DNA of 64,000 nucleotides from Squalus acanthias (taxonomy: Eukaryota): assembly GCA_030390025.1 (NCBI GenBank), contig CM059440.1:52700001-52764000 (forward strand). The letters run 5' to 3'. A program made the translations under genes and the position numbers. The notes beneath the pieces were generated by a model. That model was not told where the DNA came from. It saw nothing but the letters and a program-made list of their open reading frames with translations, and searched no databases. Shown here piece by piece: positions 48,200 to 60,828 of this stretch (positions are counted from its first letter, which is position 1; every line of letters starts with the position of its first letter).

Positions 48200-50606
48200 A
48201 TGAAGTTGCTGTGGATAATACTAACCATAGCCATATGGCAGATGGCCAGGGCGGTCGGTACACCAGGGGGCACAGATGACGTGGAGGGACCTTGCTGCAT
48301 CCCCACAATGGTATTAGATCAAACAACAATGGGCTGGGGACCAGTTGTGGGTGTAGATGTTATGGATGGCCAGAAGGAGAGGAGTGTGTAATAATACAGG
48401 GAAAAGAGAAACAAGGTGTTATAATGGGGAACAGACCACAGGCCAGGCTTAGAAGGGGCGCGATAAACAGAGGGCGCACTAAATCTAAACCCGGTATGAC
48501 TGTAGAACGGAATTACATAACTACTAGCACCCAGCTTATAGAGGGAAACCAATTCCCGGCGCCCAATCAAGAGGCCCCATATACGAAATGGGTTGAATGT
48601 GGGGAGGTTGTAACAATAAATACGATCAATGCATTCCCAGATGAGCAGGTATGCATCACGTGTCCAACCTCATACCCAAACCTCCTGAGTGTGGAGGCAT
48701 CGAAAAATGGCACAGTCTGGATGACAGAACCTGGAACTTGGGTATTGAGTGAAGGTACGAAGGACAGAAAACGATGCGTGATCCTGAAAGGAAAAGTAAT
48801 AACTAAATATGGATGTGCCAAGTCAATAACCGCGGACTACACCAACTATAACATACCCACGGTCGAATGTACAGAAACCTTATTAAGGGTCCAATGGGGT
48901 GGACCACTGAAGCCGACACCGACGCCCCCACCGGCTCAACCCGCTACCATGACTCCCAATACACAGAAAGAAGAGACGAGCGAACCAACAATGTTACAAT
49001 GCCCAATTATGACACCTGGACCCATGAATGAACTGGTATTATTTACCGAGGGAGAACAATTGTATGATAACGTAAGACACGAAATTGTACCGGTACTAAT
49101 GAACTTAACCACGTTACAATGGCCAGAATATTGTGAAAGGTTCACTAAAACTAGAGAATTATATGCATATATGATAAAGAATGTAATTCACCAAGTGGCT
49201 GATGCGACAGGGGCCACTAGTTTCAGGGGACATGCTGCATTCCACCAAAGGATTAAGAGGAGCTTAGGAACCGATATATTTACGGGAATAAACATGAGGA
49301 CATCATTCGTTAATGCCCTAGATATACAAGGAGTCCAAAGTAGTGTGGAACGAATACAAAGGGTAATACAACAGATTTTAGAGAAGGAAACTGGTTTAGT
49401 TCGACAAGGATCGAAGTTGGGAGAACATACGATAAGGAAATTACTCGAAGGAGTTAAGGTTATAGAGGACCATGCTAGCATCATCAACAAACTAAACCAT
49501 AGGGATGAGGAACAGGCAAAAGACGGGGTAGGGAGAGGCTTGTGCCATGCCTATGGCCAATGGATCACCGGACAGTTAAAACACAATCTGGCATAGATAC
49601 AGCGAGGTGAGGTACCAGACTGGATTAACAGCACACAGCTCTATGGCCTGAGTCAGAATCCAGGCCCTCTGAGTTCTTGTACCCTCAAAGGGATGACCAG
49701 AGTGTATCCAGTAATACAAAAATGTAAAGCAGAAGTGACAGCAATGATAGGCATGGTACTCCTGGTACCGGTGGTGGGACTAGACACGACTCCATACCCA
49801 CAGTACCAGGTAAATCATAGGCATAGTGAGGGGTGGGACATACCTCCAATACTATCCAATTGATACCTATGCCATCAGGAAGAATGGTACTATGAGAGGA
49901 GTCTCCCTAAACGGATGCCATGGGAAAGGTACGCTTACGATATGCCCACATCCAGCAAGAGAAGGTCCTAAGGATGAGTGCAGCTATAATAAGACAGAGG
50001 GGTGTATGTTGGAATTATCACATTGATCACCATCACACCCGCTCGGGATATAGAGGCAAAGGGGAGTATTGTATAGCCACCACAGAGATTGAGTACCAAT
50101 ATAGTAACCTTGTATGTGTAATCACAATGCCTAGCTTCTGCTTTATGCCAAAGATCCCCGTGACAATTGGACACACCAGATTGGTGTATGTACATTCAAG
50201 GGAGGAGATAAAACTAACTGTGCTAGATAGTTTAAGGGACGAGTTGATCAATTATGAAGAGCCGGTAGGGGCCTCAATACCCCACCTGCAAGAGGATCTG
50301 CAAGAAATGAAAGAGGGTTTAAGTAAAATGGTGAAACAATACGTAGTGTTGCAAAGGAACCTTGGGGAACTAGAAAGGGACATAGAAGTAGAACTACAGG
50401 AAGTCTCATGGTATGAGAAGCTGTGGGATTGGGGGATGAATGTCAACATACACCCATGGATCCGCATCATTTCTCACATACTAGTTATAGTACAATTGGT
50501 TATGGCGATAGGATTGGGAATAGCAGCATGCGCCACCTGTAAAAAACAAAGAGAACAAGAAAGGAAGAGGGAAATGGAAGAAATGTACATGACATTGATA
50601 AAGTAG
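48200..50606 (+). pseudogene. env: ERV env (signal peptide, two furin sites, long Cys-rich TM ectodomain, C-terminal anchor); 3 frameshifts and 1 stop
   Basis: MKLLWIILTIAIWQMARA signal; RLRR 48445-48456; RIKR 49249-49260 followed by SLGTDIFTGIN and a heptad region; anchor IISHILVIVQLVMAIGLGIAAC. Confidence 0.85.
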
Positions 50607-50629
50607 TAATGCATACTGTCCGGTGGTAA

Positions 50630-50827
50630 TTGTTGCAGAAACCTCCTGGGCAGATTCCCATCGAGCAGACAGAATATTACTATGAACAGGAGAAGGCTTG
50701 GGAGAAAGACCTGCTTAATGGATGTATAGTATTAACAATAATGTTCATAACCTATGTAACTGGGTGGATAATATGTCAATGGAAAAGATGTAGGGGGCAT
50801 AGAAATCAGGATAATATGATTATATAA
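50630..50827 (+). CDS. Putative ERV accessory single-pass membrane peptide (probably a spliced 3' exon)
   Basis: Open frame between env stop and PPT, preceded by TTGTTGCAG; hydrophobic GCIVLTIMFITYVTGWIIC then basic QWKRCRGHR. Confidence 0.45.
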   Translation: MLQKPPGQIPIEQTEYYYEQEKAWEKDLLNGCIVLTIMFITYVTGWIICQWKRCRGHRNQDNMII

Positions 50828-50930
50828 ATTGGGTGACCCAATGGGTTGGATTTGATCACCACCTTGGCAGGACACCATAATAGGAGAAATAATTGGGTTG
50901 GTCAATGATTAAAAGGGATTAATCAGGACC

Positions 50931-50940
50931 AAAAGGGGGG
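50931..50940 (+). promoter_or_regulatory. Polypurine tract
   Basis: AAAAGGGGGG 2 nt before the 3' LTR. Confidence 0.85.
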
Positions 50941-50942
50941 AC

Positions 50943-51447
50943 TGAAAGGGTTAAAAGAGCTAAAATATAAAGAGTGGTTATGAACAAGTTTAAAAGAGGG
51001 AAGTATGATGTAATGTGGTCAAGACTACACACTTACAAATCACTAATTGAGTAAAATATTAGAAATAACCTTGAGTCCCGGTTGCTATGGTGAACTCTTT
51101 CAAAGCAGTTTTAATTGGATCTACTTGAATTTAACCTTGGAGTTGCAAGACTAATGTGCACACAAACTGCAAGAAGTTGCACCCGAAACCAACTGTATGT
51201 AATGTAAATAATTGTGGGACAATAGCCACGACTTAGAACAGAAACTGTATATAAGGTAGAGGAGTTTTAACGATCGGGGAGCATTCATCCCCGGATGAGT
51301 GTCTCCCCTGTCGACTTGTAATAAAGTTGATTTACTGAACTAACCTCCGGACTCCGAGCGATTAATTGGGAATAAGGCGGACGTCGACCCATTATATATC
51401 AGAGGGTCCGTCTCGGGGAGAAAAAACTCTCCCGGTTTACCCTAACA
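50943..51447 (+). repeat. 3' LTR (505 bp)
   Basis: Matches the 5' LTR, with an extra 30-bp segment. Confidence 0.93.
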
Positions 51448-52021
51448 ACCTGTATAAAACATTGGTTCGGCCTCAACTGGAATAGTGTGTCCAATTCTGG
51501 GCACCGCACTTTAGGAAGGATGTGAAGGCCTTAGAGAGGGTGCAGAAAAGATTTACGAGAATGATTCCAGGGATGAGGGACTTCAGTTACGTGGATAGAC
51601 TGGAGAAGCTGGGGTTGTTCTCCTTCGAGTAGAGAAGGTTGAGAGGAGATTTGATAGAGGTGTTCAAAATCATGGAGTCTGGACAGAGTAGATAGTGAGG
51701 AACTGTTCCCATTGGCAGAAGGGTCAAGAACCAGAGAATACAGATTTAAGGTGATTGGCAAAAGAACCAAAGGCGACATAAGAAAAAACTTTTTTATGCA
51801 GTGAGTGGTTAGGATCTGGAATGCACTGCCTGAAAGGATGGTGGTGGCAGTCTCAATCACAGCTTTCAAAAGGGAATTGGGTAAGTACCTGAAAGAAAAA
51901 CATTTGCAGTGCTACGGGGAAAGGGTGGGGGAGTAGGACTAGCTGAAATGCTCTTGCAGAGAGCCAGCACGGGCTCAACGGGCCGAATGGCCTCCTTCTG
52001 TGCTGTAACCATTCTATGATC

Positions 52022-52665
52022 CATCACAAAGACCGCCTATTTCCACCTCCATAACATCACCCATTTTCACCCGTCTCAGCTTATGTGCTGCTGAAACCTT
52101 CATCTGTGCTTTTATTACCTCCAGACTCGACTATTCCAATGCGCTCCTGGCCGGCCTCCCATCTGCCACCCTCCACTAACTTGAGCTCATCCAAAACTTT
52201 GCTGCTCGTATTCTAATTCACACCAAATCACGCTCACCCATCACCCTGTGCTCGCTGACCTACATTGGCTCCCGGTCCACCAACATCTCAATTTTAAAAT
52301 TCTCATCCTAGTATTCAAATCCCTCCATGGCCTCGCCCCTCCCGATCTCTGTAACCTCCTCCAGCCCAACAACCCTCCAAGAACTCTGTGTTCCTCCAAC
52401 TCTGGACTCTTGTGCATCTCCCACTCCATGTGCCCCACCATTGGCCCTAAGCTCTGGAATTCCATTCCTAAACCTCTCCGTCTCTCTCGCTCCCACCCTT
52501 TAAAATCCTCCTTTAAACTTACCTCTTTGACCAAGTTTTTAGCCACCTGTCCTAATATCTCCTTATGTGGCTCAGTGTCAACTGTTGTCTGATTTAAGCT
52601 CATGTGAAGTGCCTTGGGAGGTTTTACTATGTTAAAGGTGCTATATAAATTCAAGTTGTTGTTGT
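52022..52665 (+). mobile_element. L2 3' fragment
   Basis: LADLHWLPV..FKILILVFKSLHGLAP; (TTG)n tail. Confidence 0.82.
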
Positions 52666-52788
52666 GTACTTGCTGGTGCAGTCAAAAATTGCGAGACAAT
52701 TCATAAAAATACCAAATATAGCTGCTATTACCAACTTAAATGTTTCCATTGTACTAAATTTGACATCTTTCCTTTAAGAAAAGCTATT

Positions 52789-53521
52789 GGCCCAGAAATT
52801 CCGTTCGCAGCCCTCCCGCGGGCGGAGGGCTGCGATTCGGAAAAATCTGCGCCTGGACCGGAGAGCTCCCGGGAGGTGCAGAATTCCGTTGCTGTGCCTC
52901 TCCAATCTGCCGGTGTGCAGTGCACGCGTATCCCAGGGGCGCAGTTAGTTCGCAGCGTCCAAGGGATCACGTGGGCCATGGGGAGCCAATCAGAGCAGGG
53001 AATCTCCATTCATAGATTTGACAGGAAGACCTGTGAAATCTATGAATAGAGATCAGCCCCAAAACTTCAAATACATTTTTTTTTAAATCACATTTTTAAA
53101 ATTACTATAAATTACATAAATTAACTATTTTAAACAAAAATTTAAATTTTTGAAAAAAATTAAAGTTTTTAACAGGGCTAAAAATAAACTTACCTTTCTT
53201 TAAAGTATTTTAAAATGATAAATCAGTGGGAAATTTTTTTTTTTTACTTTCTTAAACTATTAGCCTGCTAAAAGCAGGCCTTGCGCCTGCTTTTCTAGGC
53301 ACAGCTGTTCCCGACTTACCTGGACTCAAGCCAGTGTGGAAAAAAACGGAAGTTTCTAACGTACGCGCTGCCTATCCGGCACAGGCGTTTGTCCAGTCAA
53401 GCCCTTTCTGCAGAGAACGGAAATGCCGGTTTCCAGCGCATGCGTAAAACCGGCACTTCCGTTGGCCCTACGGGTGAGTACACAGCGCGTACACACCCGT
53501 AGGGAATGGAATTTCTAGGCC
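52789..53521. mobile_element. PIF/Harbinger-type MITE
   Basis: TIRs GGCCCAGAAATTCC / GGAATTTCTAGGCC (1 mismatch); 3-bp TSD ATT; GC-rich ends, AT-rich middle. Confidence 0.75.
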
Positions 53522-53725
53522 ATTAAATTCATAAATTATATTCCAGCACCTCAGCCAGTATTCTGCAATAAAGATCCTGCTGAAAATGGGACACATGTTC
53601 TTGATTTGCTACTTCCACCTGTAGGCAGTTAAAGGAATTACTTTTTATTCACATACAAATTTCTCCCATTTTACTACTGTATCATAAACGCTGAAAGATT
53701 TTGGGGGGGGGGGAATAGCAATACA

Positions 53726-55219
53726 CATAGAAACATAGAAGATAGGAGCAGGAGTAAGCCATTCAGCCCCTCGAGCCTGCTCCGTCCGCCATTCAATGAG
53801 ATCATGGCTGATCATCCAAATTCAGTACCCTGTCCCTGCCTTCTCTCCATATCCCTTGATCCCTTTAGTTTTAAGAAATATATCTAACTCCTTCTTGAAT
53901 ATATTTAATGAATTGGCCTCTACTGCCTTCTGTGGTAGAGAATTCCACAGGTTCACCACTCTCTGGGTGAAGAAATTCCTCATCTCAGTCTTAAATGGCT
54001 TACCCCTTATCCTTAGACTGTGACTCCTGGTTCTGGACTCCCCGGCCATCGGGAATATCCTTCCCGCATCTAGTCTGTCTAGTCCTGTTAGAATTTTATA
54101 AGTTTCAATGAGATCCCCTCTCATTCTTCTAAACTCCAGTGAGTATAAGCCCAATCGACCCAATCTCTCCTCATACGCCATTCCTGCCATCCCGGGTATC
54201 AGTCTGGTGTATCTTCGCCGCACTCCCTCCATGGCAAGAACATCCTTCCTCAGATAAGGCGACCAAAACTGCACACAATACTCAAGATGTGGTCTCACCA
54301 AGGCCCTGTACAACTGCAGCAAGACATCCTTGTTCCTGTACTCGAACCCTTTCGCTACGAAGGCCAACATACCATTTGCCTTCTTAACCACCTGCTGCAC
54401 CTGCATGCTTACCTTCAGCGACTGGTGCACAAGGACACCCAGGTCTCGTTGCACTCCCCCTTCTCCCAATCTATTGCCATTCAGATAATAATCTGCCTTC
54501 CTGTTTTTGACACCAAAGTGGATAACCTCGCATTTATCCACATTATATTGCATCTGCTATGCTTCTGCCCAATCCCCCAACCTGTTCAAATCATACTGGA
54601 GTTTCTCGGCATCCTCCTCCCGGCACACACTCCCACCCAGCTTTGTGTCGTCTGCAAACTTGGAGATATTACATCCAATTCCATCGTCCAGATCATTAAT
54701 ATATATTGTGAATAGCTGGGGTCCAAGGACCGATCCCTGCGGTACCTCACTAGTCACCGCCTGCCACTCGGAAAAAGACCCATTTATTCCAACTCTTTGC
54801 TTCCTGTCTGCCAACCAGTTCTCTATCCAAGTCAATACCTTGCCCCCAATCCCATGTGCCTTAACTTTACACGGTAATCTCTTATGCGGGACCTTATCGA
54901 AAGCCTTCTTAAAGTCCAAATACACCACATCCACTGGTTCTCCCTTATCCATTTTACCAGTTACATCCTCAAAAAATTCCAGTAGATTAGTCAAGCACGA
55001 TTTGCCTTTTGTAAATCCATGTTGACTTTGTCCGATCCTGTCACTGTTTTCCAAGTGCTCTGCTATTACATCCTTTATAATGGACTCTAGCATTTTCCCC
55101 ACTACCGATGTCAGGCTTACTGGTCTATAATTCCCCGTTTTCTCTCCATCACCTTTTTTAAATAGTGGGGTAACATTAGCTACCCTCCAATCCATGGGAA
55201 CTGTTCCAGAGTCTATAGA
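53726..55219 (-). mobile_element. CR1 LINE, 5'-truncated (same family as 29957-34362)
   Basis: Minus ORFs 54557-55195 and 53822-54553 match CR1 ORF2; (CATAGAAA)n tail. Confidence 0.92.
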
Positions 55220-55299
55220 TATAATACATATTATATAGGCAAGCCTGTATTTGAAGAAAACATGGTATCACTGAATGCTTTGTTGCATTCATTGATAAG

Positions 55300-56110
55300 C
55301 AACAATTTCTTCCAACTAAATATTGGGAAGACTGAAGCCATTGTCTTCGGTCCCCACCAGATACTCCGTTCGCTAGCCACCGACTCCATCCCTCTCTCTG
55401 GCCACTGTCTGAAGCTGAGCCAGACTGTTCGCAACCTTGGTGTCCTATATGACCCCCGAGTAGAGCTTCCGACCTCATATCCGCTCCATCACCAAGACTG
55501 CTCACTTCCACCTCCGTTGCCCATTTCCACCCCGCCACAGCTCATCTCCTGCTGAAATCCATGCCTTTGTTACCTCTAGACTTGACTATTCCAATGCACT
55601 CCTGGCTGGTCTCCCATCTTCCACCCTCCATAAACTTGAGCTCATCCAAAACTCTGCTACCCTTATCCTAACTCGCACCAAGTCCCGTTCACCCATCACC
55701 CCTGTGCTCACTGACCTACTTTGGCTCTTGGTTAAGCAACACCTCAATTTTAAAATTCTCATCCTTATTTTCAAATTCCTCCATGGCCTTGTCCCTCCCG
55801 ATCTCTATAGCCTCCTCCAGCCCCACAACCACTCGCGATATCTGCGCTCCTCTAATTCTGGCCTCTTGCGCATCCCCAATTTTAATCGCTCCACCATTGG
55901 CGGCTGTACCTTCAGTTACCTAGACCCAAGCTTGGGAATTCCCTTCTTAAACCTCTCTGCCTCTCCTCCTATAAGACGCCCTTTAAAATCTACCAAGCTT
56001 TTGGTCACCTGTTCTACTAGCTCATGTTGCTCGATGTTAAATCTTGTTTGGTAACGCTCCCATTAAGTGCTTTAGGACATTTGAGGTGCTATATAAATAA
56101 AAGTTGTTGT
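55300..56110 (+). mobile_element. L2 3' fragment
   Basis: FFQLNIGKTEAIVFG..VRNLGV; FKILILIFK; L2 tail. Confidence 0.82.
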
Positions 56111-56471
56111 AGTAAAGTAGGGTTCTCAGTTTTGGTACCAATGTCGTTCACTATATGAAAGAGTAACCAATACAAAAACTGAACATATAGTTGAATATGT
56201 ATTTGACAATGCATACTTTTGAAGACTAATTAATTCCTACAGATCAAGAGAATTTTCTCCCTGTTCAAATTATCCATAAGATGATTTAGTATCAATTTTA
56301 ATCCACTACTGCATCTTCTGTAACACCCTTTCAAGATTTTCTTGGATCCTGACATGAGCATCTTAATTAACTGCCTTCAAATTTCAGTACATAGGAGCAT
56401 ATCAATCATGTAACAGTCATTATAGTCTGCTTGGATCTAGATGCTTTAGGAAAAAGCCTAGGCAGACTATT

Positions 56472-56880
56472 AAAGAAAGACTTGGATTTATATCACGCCC
56501 TTCACGACCACTGGATGTCCCAAAGTGCCTTACAGACAATGAAATATTTTTTGAAGTGTAATCACTGTTTTAATTTAGGAAACGCGGCAGCCAAATTGCA
56601 CACAGCAAGTTCCCACAAACACAATGCGAAAATACCAGATAATCTGTGTTTGTTTTGTTGATTGAGAGATAAATATTGACCAGGACACCGGGGAGAACTC
56701 CCCAGCTCCTCTGCGAAATAGTGCCATGGGATCTTTTACATCCACCTGAGAGGGCACCTGGTAAACGTCTCATCCGAAAGACGGCACCTCCGACAGTACA
56801 GCACTCCCTCAGCACTGCACTGAAGCGTCAGCCTAGATTTTATGCTCAAGTCTCTGGCATGGGACTTGAACCCACAACCT
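56472..56880 (-). mobile_element. Deu-domain SINE
   Basis: Reverse complement including the B-box (GGGACTTGAACCC). Confidence 0.78.
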
Positions 56881-58429
56881 ATCCAATCTCTAGTGAAATC
56901 AGACTCCGGTTCTAATGTGGGATATAAGCTTTGTCATCAGGTAACCTTTGTCACAGGTGGCTGTGGTGGGGTGTCTTTCAACAGGTGCCTGTGAACAGTG
57001 AATATATTGGTCTTGCATGGATTTGTCAAGGGTAGGTTATGTTTGACTCATCTAGTTGAATTTTTTTTCAGGCGGTCACTGGCATTATGGATAGGGGAGT
57101 GTGTGGATGTTGTCTATATGAACTTCCAGAAGGCATTTGAGAAGGTTCCACACGAAAGTATTAGCAAAAATGAAAGCGCACAGAATTGGAAGTAATGCCT
57201 GTCATTACACCCCTCACAAATTCTCTTGAAATCAAATTTCTTATGTCCAGGTTTTATCCTAGATTCCAGGTTTATCAGTAGTCTCTCTCGTGTGATCTTC
57301 GCAAAGGTTTTCTCGAAGAAGTCCAAAGAAATAAGAGAGACTTCCACTATTTACTTTATGTATAATATCCTTGAAGTCATCGAGGAAGTTTGTCAAGCAA
57401 TCGCTTCCCCTCTAAATCCATGTTGCAAAAGGAATTAAAATAATTTATTATATCCAGCAGTTCAAATGCCCATCCTCATTACAATAATTATCTATTAACT
57501 ACTATTTAACAGAAGTGTGGTTAATGTACATTAGTACAGGAAAACTGTAGATTAATGCTGGAGTTATCTGAAAAGAAACAAGGGAATGCTCAAAAGTGGT
57601 ATAACAATCTGAGACACAGTTCTTTGGATCAAAAAAAATTATCCTGCACAATTCAGATTACTTTACTAGCCAGCTAATAGGCACAAGATATAGGCAATAG
57701 CCCAACAACCTAACTTAACAGGGACATCCCCATGAGAATGGAAATAGTTGAGATGATCAGTGTCGGGAAAATGAATAAACAGGGCTCAGTCTGTCCAGAA
57801 TTTAGTACAGATAACCGCTAGGATTTCAAAAGGTAGCAGTCTGATTGTGAGCTAGCTTCCGTATCAATGGACTTACTGGATTTCAATAGCACTGATACAC
57901 TAAGATTAGAAAAAACAAAGGAATGATGTAGATGCATCTTAGGAGAGAATAATTGTGAAAATACAGCCAGTTTGCAAGTTAAAAATAAGAATATTTCAGT
58001 TCTTGGAAAAATGGGCTTGCTCTGAGCAACTGGCTTTCAGTGTGCTGGATAATGTTGTAAAAGGCTTGCAATGTACAACAGGTTTCATGGCTTATTTCAA
58101 TTAAACAACAGATACATTGTACATGGAGTTGTTGGTGACTCCCATGAAGCACAGGAAATAAAGACTATAATCACCAGTTAGTCATACTAGTCAGCAGTGT
58201 TAATTATGAACAGATGTTTAAAGAGTTCTATGAAACATACGATTGTACTTCAGACAAATACTTGAGGTAAATCAAGACTTGCATTTATACAGTGCCTCAG
58301 GACATTCCAAAGTGCTTTTCGGCAAATGGATTACTTTTGAAGTGCAGTAACTTATGTATGCAAATGTGACAAACAATTTGCACACAAGGTCCCAATAATA
58401 GATGAATGAACGAGATCATTTAGACATTA

Positions 58430-60828
58430 TGCGCATATTTTAACAGCTTTATTGTATATTTTAAACCAAAACAATGCATGATTTTTACAAACAATAAAAC
58501 AGTAAAATATTAAACACCTCAAATAATTATCAGGATATATCTAATTGTAAAGGTCAAACCTTTGTGGTATGTGTGAAGCTGGGGAAGAAATCCAAAAATA
58601 TCAAATATATATTGTAAACTCATGAGGCGTCAAAGAGCTTTGGTAAAAACAAAGTTGATCAGAATTATTTTAAGAAATAAAACTCAATTTTAATTAAATA
58701 AATGATTGTAAATTATGCCCCACCACACGCAATGATTTATCTGTAGATACAAAAGACTTTCCTGTGAATTACTACTGGGAAAGTTTGAATGTTTCCTGAT
58801 TTTTTCCCCCTCCCTATATTTAACATTAAATGATCATAAAAGTTTGACGGTGGTTTAATTTTTTATCCACAATCAACATCCTTAGCACTGAATATAAATC
58901 TCATTGAGACATCACATCATTTTGTAGGTAAGCCGCTCCTACAGCACTACGCTTGGAATGGTTTGGGGCTCACGGGAGAGTGACACTCAAATTTCTCAGT
59001 CAGGTGTCTTTCATTCTCTAAAAGGTTTCATATCCAATAAAAAAAATACTATGTACATAACCACAACTTCAATAGTCAATCTTCAAGTATGCCTGTCAAA
59101 CAAGCCGCTGATTTGCTAGTCCTGCCAGCTACGAGAGAAAATGAAAAATGTGCATCCATTTCAGCGGGGTGAAAATTACATAAAAAAATAGAATATAGCA
59201 GATGTGAAATTCAAAACTTCCACAACATTTGCTGTTGATCAATTTACCAGATGAGAACCAAAGATTTCTAGTAGATCGGACATGCCCTTCCAGTCCATTT
59301 TTTATTTGCTAAATCACCCATTCTGATTATGTTTCACCAAAAAAGTAAGACAAAGTATAGAAATCTGGATTTTCTATTACCTCCTGGGTATTTGAAGTTC
59401 TTTTAATAAATTTAAAAAAGGAACATAAATAGGAAACTCCGTTCTCCTGATATTGGTACTTGTCTTATTTACACACTCGGGTATCATTTCCAATATCGAT
59501 ACTGTAATGGATTGCTCCAATAAAAAGATATCATTTGTACACATCTTGCAGTGCCCAAGAAAAATTAAAAACATTAATAAAAAATCAAATATCAATGATA
59601 ACAAAAATTTGAGGTGTTTCGTCCTCGTGAATCTGCATCGCTGAGTATGTGATGGCTTTGACTTCAGTGCCCTGTAAAAGTAAAGTGAAATGGCTAGAAG
59701 AATTTTGCTTATAATTCCGCAGTGCTTTGAACACAAGCAATTCAAAAAAGTAAGAGGAGATGGTGTAAAATGAAACATTACAATGTTGTAGTGTTACCTG
59801 TGGATGTTTGGCCAAATCAAATTCTTCTCCCCACCTTACAGGAAAAAAAGTCAGATTTCAGGTGATCTCCAAGGTATCAAACTTACTTACAACCAAGTAT
59901 CTTATTACAAACCTCCTATTAGGAAGCATATTTCGAGTTTCATCTCACGTGCCATTGGAGACAGGATAAAAGGTCAAATCTTCATAAATCAAATGTATGA
60001 CAGTTACTAGTCTCATAGTTTAGTGGACACATTTAATGAACTGCAACTGTGTACACCACTGTTTCTTTTTAAATTCTACAGGCATAATTATTAATTTCAC
60101 TGCCCAAAAGAACATTAGAACCTAAGCACATAAATCCGTGCTCGAACAGCGATTGTTGTTAAAATCAATTGTCATTGCTTCAATCACTTACTAAAACCAA
60201 AACAAAAAGCTCTGAATATACAGTTTTCTACATAAATTTTCAATTGACCCATTAGATTTGTCCCCCCCTTTTCTTATGAAATGGTTTCACTAGTGGTGCT
60301 CAAGGATTAAACAAATACAAGGAAAATGGCAACAACAAAAAATCAACCCATGACACCAATAGAATAGCCGGAGACTACAGAGAGAGCGAGATAAATCTAA
60401 CAATCAAACTACACAGAAATTTAAATTGTTATTTTAAAAAAGGGCTCGCTACCTATCAAAGTTTGCCACCAATAATTTAGATCGGAGTTACGCTTTAAAT
60501 AACATGACCACACTCATTGCTGAGTTGATGAGAGGATATTTATTGCGTGCTACAAATCCCACTATTTGGAACATACATACAAAAATATTAACCAGCTGAA
60601 GATCTAGAACCGAACTCTCCTTCCTCCCCCTATTTTTTGCTCTCTTTAGGTCTCCTTTGCCATGCACCATTCTCTGGCTGAAAACGCAGCCAGATAAGCA
60701 TGGTCTCACACTTCTACAAATGCCACTCAAGCAGGTCATAAAGTGGTTAGCCAGGTCAGCCTGGGAACTGAGTTCATCTGTCAAGGGCAGCATCTGGCTG
60801 ACACATCTTCGCCCAGTAATAAATGGAG
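58430..60828 (-). other. Putative terminal exon + ~2.3-kb 3'UTR of an unidentified gene
   Basis: Minus-strand acceptor TTTCCTGTTGCAG| at 60829; short coding ends possible (LHLLLGEDVSARCCP* or SIYYWAKMCQPDAALDR*); repeat-free AT-rich tract; AATAAA on minus at 58448-58453. Confidence 0.45.

Larger units (their letters stand above)
43447..51447 (+). mobile_element. Endogenous retrovirus provirus with F-protein-like env (lokiretrovirus/SnRV-like candidate)
   Basis: Paired TG...CA LTRs, 5-bp TSD ACCTG (43442-43446; 51448-51452), tRNA-Ser PBS, RT-tether-RNaseH-integrase order, env, PPT. Confidence 0.93.
42891..52020 (+). mobile_element. CR1 LINE fragment split by the ERV (42891-43446 and 51448-52020)
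   Basis: ...EIMMNL continues after the ERV as LYKTLVRPQLE; the junction carries the duplicated ACCTG. Confidence 0.9.

Noticed and set aside
48292-49596. Domesticated (syncytin-like) env
   Set aside because: The signal peptide is out of frame and there is a stop plus further frameshifts, so no sign of selective preservation.
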